The notes beneath the pieces are model-generated. The model searched no databases, was not told where the DNA came from, and worked only from the letters and a program-made list of their open reading frames with translations. From positions 7,313-71,312 of the forward strand of contig CAZMYR010000002.1 in assembly GCA_964570585.1 (NCBI GenBank): a DNA stretch of 64,000 bases, read 5' to 3'. Position 1 is the first letter of the stretch; the number at the start of each line of letters is the position of its first letter. Below are positions 57,555 through 64,000 of the stretch, one piece after another. The stretch is from an uncultured Planctomycetia bacterium. Lineage in GTDB: Bacteria; Omnitrophota; Gorgyraeia; JABMRG01; JAFGKX01. Both the position numbers and the translations under genes were made by a program.

Positions 57555-59042
57555 TTATGGGCAGATTACTCCACCATCTTCATTAATGTGCTTATCTTTC
57601 TTTTCCTCTAAGACTTTATTTGTAAACTCAATACATTCTGCTTCCTCGGTATAGGGAATATGCGATTGGCTAGCTAGATTTTTCAACTCTTTAATCTTCC
57701 TCTCTCTAACCTCTCTTGTATTATTTTCACGAGGTATATGCCAGTTAAATTCGCCACTATCTTGAGGAAAAGTAATGCCGTATTTTTTCGGGTTATGAAA
57801 TATTTCTGAGCCAGTCATTATGTACAAAGGGTTTATAGACTTTATTAAGGTAATAAATTTAGTGTTTCTTTTTAAAAACTCTTTAGTCTCATTGAAATCT
57901 TGCTCTGTTTCCCCCGGATACCCTACTATAAAGTAAAGGCATGTTTTTATACCCACTTTATGAGTGTCTCTTAATACCTTCTCTGCTATTTTTCTGGTAA
58001 ACATTTTTCTCATTGCTTTTAAAATTTTATTAGACCCACTCTCTATACCATATTCCAGCCGAAAAAAACCTGCCCTTTTCATCTTTCTTAACAAATCTTC
58101 GGTCATTTCTCTGCGTGAAATTGCCAAACCAGTAATATTTACAAAAAGCCTATTTTTGATTAACAAATTACAAGTTTCCTCTAAAACTTTAATATTTCCA
58201 TTTGCCGCCGCATCAGATACACTTATGTACTCGATATTGTATTTTTCTTTATAAAATTTTATTTGATTAAAAATATTTAAAGCTGATTTAGACTTGAAAA
58301 AAGGGAAAATACTCTTAACGCTACAAAAAGGGCAATTCCCTATACAACCACGAGAAAATTCCATTACAACGCAATTAGAAGACTTATATTCATTTAAATT
58401 GAATTCATCAAATGTAGGATAGGGAAAATTATCTAACCGTTCACCAAACTCAGGAGTTAAATCATCAAAAAAAGTTTCTTTAACCAATACACCTTTTATA
58501 TCAATAGCTTTTGTATTTTCTTTATTTAAAATAGATAATAATAGTTTATATAAAGCTGTCTCTCCCTCGCCTAGTACACAATAATCAACGTAATCCTTTA
58601 TTTTGTTAAGTAAAACTTCTCTTTGTTCTTTTACAGTAACATTTACTCCTCCAAGAACTATTATTTTAAAAGGAGATACGCGCTTAACCCTTTTTACTAT
58701 CTCTTCTAAAATTAGATTGGAACTATCAGTAAGTGAAGACAGACCTAATACTGGCGAGGAAGAGTTAACTATTTCGTCTATAAGTGAATTTAGATGGGTC
58801 TTTATTTTTTCATCGAATTTTAAAAGTTCTTCTTTTTGTCGCCACCAGTGAGCATAATTCATAGACCATAAATATCTGCATTTTTGGGGAACCCCGTTAT
58901 ATAACTTAGTATTAAAATCAAAAATTTCTGTACTTATGCCTTTATCTCTTAAATAACTACTAAGACAAGCCGTCCCCAAAGGAGGAACATCCACTCCCCA
59001 TGGAGGCAGGTTTACTAATAAAATATCTGGTTTATCTGACAT
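57555..59042 (-). CDS. Cobalamin-binding (class B) radical SAM enzyme
   Basis: CIGNCPFC. B12-binding-like N-terminus. Confidence 0.8.
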   Translation of the reverse strand: MSDKPDILLVNLPPWGVDVPPLGTACLSSYLRDKGISTEIFDFNTKLYNGVPQKCRYLWSMNYAHWWRQKEELLKFDEKIKTHLNSLIDEIVNSSSPVLGLSSLTDSSNLILEEIVKRVKRVSPFKIIVLGGVNVTVKEQREVLLNKIKDYVDYCVLGEGETALYKLLLSILNKENTKAIDIKGVLVKETFFDDLTPEFGERLDNFPYPTFDEFNLNEYKSSNCVVMEFSRGCIGNCPFCSVKSIFPFFKSKSALNIFNQIKFYKEKYNIEYISVSDAAANGNIKVLEETCNLLIKNRLFVNITGLAISRREMTEDLLRKMKRAGFFRLEYGIESGSNKILKAMRKMFTRKIAEKVLRDTHKVGIKTCLYFIVGYPGETEQDFNETKEFLKRNTKFITLIKSINPLYIMTGSEIFHNPKKYGITFPQDSGEFNWHIPRENNTREVRERKIKELKNLASQSHIPYTEEAECIEFTNKVLEEKKDKHINEDGGVICP

Positions 59043-59187
59043 ATATCTTTTGCAAATCTTTTCTCTTCAACGGCTCATTCAGTATAAAACTCAAATTCTC
59101 AATACCGCTGCTGCCATTTTACCCTTTATTATCAGAGATGGATATCCTTTATTAAATATCCCTTCGGACTCTAAAGGTATGAAAAGA

Positions 59188-62100
59188 CTAAGCTTGCTTT
59201 GGAGATAGCTTTAAAATTCTTTTATGCATCTTCTCATTATGCATCAGGTTATCGCAGGTTTTGATGCAGCCGATTTCCTTAAAATAAGGGTGGGTTTTAG
59301 ATAAAGTCTTGGCCCGGCATCTAAACTCATCATATTTTTTGCTGAACCAGATATCTTTAAAATTTTGCTTGTTTATATTTCCCATTGGCTCCTTTACTGC
59401 CCGACAGCAAGGAACGACGGTTCCATCAGCCATAATCCGGCAAAAAAACCAACCAACATAGCAGGGGATAAAATCTACTCTGTGGACATCATAATTACCC
59501 TTATAGCTCGAATCTCCAGAAACCCTTTCTAAGAACCCATCAAAATAATCCAAATTCAATCCATTGGCGGAGGCTCTATTCTGGCTTTCAATCTGTTTAG
59601 CCAATTTAAGAACTTCTTTAGATTGGGCCTGATTTAGGATTAAGCTATCCGTAGCCCCTTCAATAACATCAACCACGGTATAATAGAGATTCTCTGCTTT
59701 TACATCTTGAGCAAGCTTATACATCGCTGGAATATCCTGACAATTGAGATTGGTAATCACATTGGATAGGGTCAAAGAGGGCTTAGAATTCTTCCTTGTT
59801 TGAGCTAAATAAACCAAATTTTCCACAATCTCCTCAAAAAGACCCTGATTTACCCCGGGATGGGTCGCTTGATAGGTTTCATCATGAGCGGCCCACAGGC
59901 TCACTGCCAACTCATCTAATTCTAAATCCACTAATTGCTTTATCTTTTCTTTGTCCATTAAAGAAAAATTGGTGGTAACAGCAGCTTTTATTCCCTTTTT
60001 CTTGGTATATTCTAAGAGCTCCATAATATCAGAATGCATAAAGGGCTCTCCACCTCCAGTATAGCGAATCTTCTCTGCCCCTAAATCAGCTAATTCATCG
60101 ATCAATCTTTTAACTACTTCTGTATCTAATTGCATCCGTAACCATTCATGGTTAAAATCCTTGTTTTCTTCTTTTAAAAGGGATGAATACATCCAGCAGC
60201 CAATACAGCGCTGATTACATCGGTTGGTCAAATCAACAACAATATGCTCTGGTCCCTTAAATGCCCTTCTTCCATCGGTAATACCGGAAATAACCAAATC
60301 CTCTTTTGAGGCCTTTTTTAAAGAGACGCTCTTATGCTTATCTTCAGATTTAAACTTCCTTAAAGTCCTGGTTAATTTAGCCGTCACCGTAAATCCAGCC
60401 CTCTCAAGGGGTCCCAGAGACATCATTTTCTTATGCATATGCATATTTCTACCAATATCATCGCAGCTTTTATAGCAGCCGGCTTCCTGAGTATCCGGGT
60501 CGTTACCGATTAACCTGAAAAACGAGCCGTCCTTTTTATAAACCTTAGCCTTGCTCCGGAAATATCTTTGTTTTGAATTATTCCAGATACTCTTAAAATT
60601 GTCTCTATATAGATTGCCTACCGGAATCCGATGGGACTTAAGACAAGAATTTATATCCCCATTAGGCATAACCCGGGCAAACAACCAGCCAATATAGCAG
60701 GGCATCTTATCGATAATATTTCTATCGTAGGTGGCTTTTTGTAAATCTTGGCAGGAAGAAGTCCGGCGTAAGAAGGAATCAAATCTGAATAATAATACAT
60801 TATCAATGTAACCGCGGGCATCCATTCGCTGGGCAACCCTCTGACAGATTCTTTGAAGCTTCAGAGCCTGTTCAGTATCCAAGATTAATTTATCTGTTTT
60901 GCCCGGCATAGTATCAATAAGGGTAAACTCGACTGACTCCGAGCCCGTATATCTGGCCAGCTCAATCATCTCCTCTACCTCTTGATAATTCATCGTAAAC
61001 AAGACATTGTAGAGCTTTATATAAGGAGTTTCTCTTTTGTTCCTATTAAGATACCTTAAATTCTCCACAATCTGCCTAAAGGCCTCTTCATTTTTATTAG
61101 GATGGGTAATATCGTAGGTGTGAGCCGTCCCGGCCCAGGTACTGACGGTTAGATGCTCTACCCCCATCTTTATCAACTCATCTATTCTTTTTTTATCTAA
61201 AAGGGTAAAGTTTGTATTCACATAACAGACCAGGTCCCTGCTCTTAGTAAACTTGAGTATCTCCATAATATCAGGATGCATGAAGGGCTCTCCTCCGCCA
61301 GAGAAATAAATCTCTTTGCCTCCCAACTTGACAATTTCATCAATTACTTCCTTAACTATCTCTAAGGGTAATTCCTCCCTTTTTTCTTCTTGCGATAACC
61401 TCTTTTCTTCTAAAAGGGGAGAATTACACCAGCAGCCAATACAATTATTATTACAGTTATTGGTAAGGTCAATCTGGACATGAAAGGGGCCCTTATAGGC
61501 ATACTCTCCATCATAGATTCCTAAAATTTCTAAGAAATTCTTCTTTAACCAGGAAGGTTTTGCAAGCCTGAGAATCTTTCTTCCGGCAATCAATCCTCCA
61601 AACAGGGGTACCTTATCCCTGAAGAAACCTAAAAATCTCCTGTTTTGATAAATCCTCTCCCTATCAGGAATAAGCATCTTATTATCAAACTCAACCAATA
61701 TAAACCCTTCTAAATGGGGAATCACACCGTTAGTATAAATCCTCAAAATATGCTCACCCTGGCCAGCAAACAATATTGCTTCCTTAAAAGTCCTTAAATT
61801 TTTCCTTTTCCAGCCACCAGTAACCCCGGACATTCCATCCTCTTTAAGCAACCTATCATCCAGATATATATTCACCGGACGTTTCTCTCCTGAAGCATAT
61901 CTACTCCATAAAACATACCTTTTTGATTCCGGTAAATAAACCTTATATTCGGCAAAGCAAAACCCCTCGCCGCCATCAATTACCATGCCCTTACCAAATA
62001 TATGCTCTTGAATATTTAGATTTCCTGATTTAAATTTACTGGCAGGAATAATAAGCTTTATCTGCGCCTCAGGGAGACTGTAGTCTCCCTTTGCCTTTCT

Positions 62101-63567
62101 TTTCATAGTAAGTTGATGATTTAAACCCTTTTGTTTTTTATCTGAAAAAAATGACTCCTTAATCTGTAAATTCATACCTACATTATCGCAAGACTTATAG
62201 CAATTAATCTCTTTAAAATAAGGGTCGCTTTTAGGTAGGGACTTTGTCTTATATCTAAACTCTCGATAAGCAGGAGAGTCCCAGATTTCTAAAAAATTAT
62301 TCTTGTAAATATTGCCCAAAGGCTTAAGCACTGCTTTACAGCAAGGGATAACTTCACCGGTAGATAAAACCCGTGAGTATGTCCAACCCATATAACAGGG
62401 GAGATTATCAATTATGTCCTTTTCATAGACCTGCTCATATATATTAGCTGAATTTAATCGGCGCATAAAAGAACCAAAACCCAATATTGTTAAAAAGTTA
62501 AAGGTAATCTTGCTATTTTCACCAACAGGACAAAAGTTTTTAAGCTGAGGGCATTTTTTGCAATCCTCTTTAGAGAATTTAAAGGTCATTTTATTATCGA
62601 CCTCATTAATCAAAGGATTCACTTTAGTGGGTAGAGTAGAAAATCCCTCAGGACATCTCAACGAATGCATGGCCTCTTTTCCAACGCCATCTTTGTCTTT
62701 TAACCACTCCTTAAGAAAGAAATTTGGATAAATCCTTATAAATCGGCCGGGGAATTCCCTCAATTCCTTATCTTTTGCAACCTTTTGAGTTTTAAAATCG
62801 AGCAATCCTAATTCCTTAAAATATAAATCCCTGTGCTTGGTCAAGGCATCAAATTGCTCTTTGATATCTTTTACTTGCTGATCAGATAGAGCCAAAAATG
62901 AAGTTTCATCTTTAATGATATCCATTACCTGGAATTCAATAGACTCAACTTGTGTATCTAAAGCAAAATCAATCATCTGCTGGATTTCCCTATAATTTAG
63001 ATTACAAATTACGTTATAAATCTTTATATGGGGAAGATATTTATTTCCTTTAGTCTTTAACCTGGAGAGTCTCTTAAGACTATTTTTTATTTTATAAAAA
63101 TCTACTTCTGTCTTGCCGGGGTGAGTCTCTATATATGTTTCTGGGGTGGCAGCCCAGATACTTGCCGTAATCATATCCACGCCTAAATCGATGAGCCTTT
63201 TTGCTCTTTCCTCATCAATCAAGGTAAAATTGGTAATTATGTTAAGTTTTAGCTCTTTCATTTTTATTAATTCTATAATTTCTATAATATCGGGATGTAA
63301 AAATGGCTCGCCTGCGCCAGAAAGAAAAATTTCCTCTGTCCCTGAACGAGACAAGTCTTCGATTAATGTCTTGACTTTTGCGAATGGTAAACTAAGATTT
63401 TTATCACGCGGTGGATTCTTTATAAAAGAAGAGTGCACCCAGCAACCGATACAGTTGTTATTGCATTTACCGGTTAGGTCAATCTGAACAATCCCTGGAC
63501 CAGTAAAGGCACGCCTACCATCCATTATCCCTTTTAGGGCCGATTGATTAACCTTGGTCTCCAGCAT
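59188..63567 (-). CDS. Three-module radical SAM/SPASM megaprotein (1459 aa) with carbohydrate-binding-module-like inter-module domain
   Basis: Three CxxxCxxC clusters (CNNNCIGC twice, CNQRCIGC). Each is followed by a GGEPF(L/M)HxDI motif and a SPASM-like PCY(M/I/V)GW...G....PCC...GN(I/L)....F..IW tail. Between modules 1 and 2 lies a ~100-aa Y.S...RPVNIYLDD...GGW...GEHILRI...P.L.GF segment with a CBM6/35-like pattern. Confidence 0.8.
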   Translation of the reverse strand: MLETKVNQSALKGIMDGRRAFTGPGIVQIDLTGKCNNNCIGCWVHSSFIKNPPRDKNLSLPFAKVKTLIEDLSRSGTEEIFLSGAGEPFLHPDIIEIIELIKMKELKLNIITNFTLIDEERAKRLIDLGVDMITASIWAATPETYIETHPGKTEVDFYKIKNSLKRLSRLKTKGNKYLPHIKIYNVICNLNYREIQQMIDFALDTQVESIEFQVMDIIKDETSFLALSDQQVKDIKEQFDALTKHRDLYFKELGLLDFKTQKVAKDKELREFPGRFIRIYPNFFLKEWLKDKDGVGKEAMHSLRCPEGFSTLPTKVNPLINEVDNKMTFKFSKEDCKKCPQLKNFCPVGENSKITFNFLTILGFGSFMRRLNSANIYEQVYEKDIIDNLPCYMGWTYSRVLSTGEVIPCCKAVLKPLGNIYKNNFLEIWDSPAYREFRYKTKSLPKSDPYFKEINCYKSCDNVGMNLQIKESFFSDKKQKGLNHQLTMKRKAKGDYSLPEAQIKLIIPASKFKSGNLNIQEHIFGKGMVIDGGEGFCFAEYKVYLPESKRYVLWSRYASGEKRPVNIYLDDRLLKEDGMSGVTGGWKRKNLRTFKEAILFAGQGEHILRIYTNGVIPHLEGFILVEFDNKMLIPDRERIYQNRRFLGFFRDKVPLFGGLIAGRKILRLAKPSWLKKNFLEILGIYDGEYAYKGPFHVQIDLTNNCNNNCIGCWCNSPLLEEKRLSQEEKREELPLEIVKEVIDEIVKLGGKEIYFSGGGEPFMHPDIMEILKFTKSRDLVCYVNTNFTLLDKKRIDELIKMGVEHLTVSTWAGTAHTYDITHPNKNEEAFRQIVENLRYLNRNKRETPYIKLYNVLFTMNYQEVEEMIELARYTGSESVEFTLIDTMPGKTDKLILDTEQALKLQRICQRVAQRMDARGYIDNVLLFRFDSFLRRTSSCQDLQKATYDRNIIDKMPCYIGWLFARVMPNGDINSCLKSHRIPVGNLYRDNFKSIWNNSKQRYFRSKAKVYKKDGSFFRLIGNDPDTQEAGCYKSCDDIGRNMHMHKKMMSLGPLERAGFTVTAKLTRTLRKFKSEDKHKSVSLKKASKEDLVISGITDGRRAFKGPEHIVVDLTNRCNQRCIGCWMYSSLLKEENKDFNHEWLRMQLDTEVVKRLIDELADLGAEKIRYTGGGEPFMHSDIMELLEYTKKKGIKAAVTTNFSLMDKEKIKQLVDLELDELAVSLWAAHDETYQATHPGVNQGLFEEIVENLVYLAQTRKNSKPSLTLSNVITNLNCQDIPAMYKLAQDVKAENLYYTVVDVIEGATDSLILNQAQSKEVLKLAKQIESQNRASANGLNLDYFDGFLERVSGDSSYKGNYDVHRVDFIPCYVGWFFCRIMADGTVVPCCRAVKEPMGNINKQNFKDIWFSKKYDEFRCRAKTLSKTHPYFKEIGCIKTCDNLMHNEKMHKRILKLSPKQA
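61942..62077. repeat. Exact duplication (>=135 bp) shared with 63866-64000, running off the window end
   Basis: Identical strings cttatattcggcaaagcaaaacccctcgccgccatcaattaccatgcccttaccaaatatatg... on both. Confidence 0.8.
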
Positions 63568-63595
63568 TTAAATACCTTTTTCTTTTTGATTTTCG

Positions 63596-64000
63596 CTAAC
63601 TATCTTTGACTCCTTTAAGAAAAGCAAAACTGTGAATGTGAGGGATAAAACCTTTAGTATGTATCTTTAAGGTATGCTCCCCTTCACAGGCGTCGAGGGT
63701 TGTTTCTTTAAGCCAGCGTAAATCTTCCGTTGTCCAGCCAGAGGTTGTAGAATTCAATGCCTTTCTTTTAATTAAATTGGCATCAAAATAAAGTTCAACC
63801 GGACGCAGCTTATTAGTTGCATAATAAGACCAGAGCTCGTATCTGCCACCTTCCTTAAAATGCTTCTTATATTCGGCAAAGCAAAACCCCTCGCCGCCAT
63901 CAATTACCATGCCCTTACCAAATATATGCTCTTGAATATTTAGATTTCCTGATTTAAATTTACTGGCAGGAATAATAAGCTTTATCTGCGCCTCAGGGAG
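63596..64000 (-). CDS. Partial paralog of the megaprotein (N-terminus outside window). C-terminal CBM-like domain
   Basis: The track reports 63596..63910 from the first in-window Met, but the frame is open and DNA-identical to the megaprotein coding sequence up to position 64000. Confidence 0.6.
   Translation of the reverse strand, partial: LPEAQIKLIIPASKFKSGNLNIQEHIFGKGMVIDGGEGFCFAEYKKHFKEGGRYELWSYYATNKLRPVELYFDANLIKRKALNSTTSGWTTEDLRWLKETTLDACEGEHTLKIHTKGFIPHIHSFAFLKGVKDS

Noticed and set aside
59043-59187. RiPP precursor peptide next to the SPASM megaprotein
   Set aside because: The only intergenic ATG gives MAAAVLRI-stop (8 aa). No Cys/Ser/Thr-rich small ORF is visible beside any radical SAM gene. 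A RiPP role is not supported, though a precursor could be elsewhere.
63596-63910. 104-aa ORF as a complete standalone gene
   Set aside because: The reading frame upstream of its first Met is open and identical to the megaprotein coding sequence up to the window edge. It is therefore the 3' part of a longer gene.
1-64000. CRISPR arrays, rRNA genes, IS transposases
   Set aside because: No regularly spaced short direct repeats, no rRNA-like conserved stretches, and no DDE/serine transposase-like ORFs were seen. The repeat elements found are non-coding.

Overview
The window is AT-rich and appears to come from an uncultivated bacterium. Most genes are on the minus strand. Three blocks are visible.

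(1) 1-7.2 kb: a housekeeping-type gene running off the left edge (signal peptide + Zn-alcohol-dehydrogenase + class II aldolase fusion). Next to it sits a small integrase-bearing islet: tyrosine integrase, AlpA/Xis-like HTH, XRE repressor with three CTTAAC-N6-GTTAAG operators, a hypothetical protein and a secreted trypsin-like protease. The islet abuts tRNA-Ser(GGA). A lipoprotein gene and a second tRNA-Ser(CGA) follow.

(2) 7.2-17 kb: a polysaccharide export module. It encodes a Wzz-like co-polymerase, a TPR protein, an HD-domain protein, an ExeA/GspA-like AAA ATPase, a PCP with a P-loop kinase-like domain, a Wza-like outer-membrane exporter, and a Wzc-type BY-kinase with a C-terminal Tyr cluster. 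The gene set resembles PEP-CTERM/exosortase-type EPS loci.

(3) 17.4-64 kb: a very large glycan-biosynthesis island. It carries a Wzm/Wzt ABC exporter, about 11 GT2/GT4/GT-A glycosyltransferases, 3 polyprenyl-phosphate-sugar synthase-like GT2 enzymes, 4 large GT-C (ArnT/PMT-like) membrane transferases, a DegT aminotransferase, an AsnB-like amidotransferase (Cys to Ser), a TylF-like methyltransferase and an alpha/beta hydrolase. It also holds an extraordinary density of radical SAM enzymes. There are 8 cobalamin-binding (class B) modules in 7 proteins, including a 1042-aa two-module fusion. There are also 3 SPASM-type modules in one 1459-aa protein, its truncated downstream paralog, and a small SPASM-type radical SAM protein. 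Several recent segmental duplications and a family of palindromic/MITE-like repeat elements punctuate this island. I regard the radical-SAM-rich glycan island, and especially the multi-module radical SAM megaproteins with carbohydrate-binding-like inserts, as the candidate novel system.

All calls rest on motifs read by eye in the supplied translations. No database search was possible.
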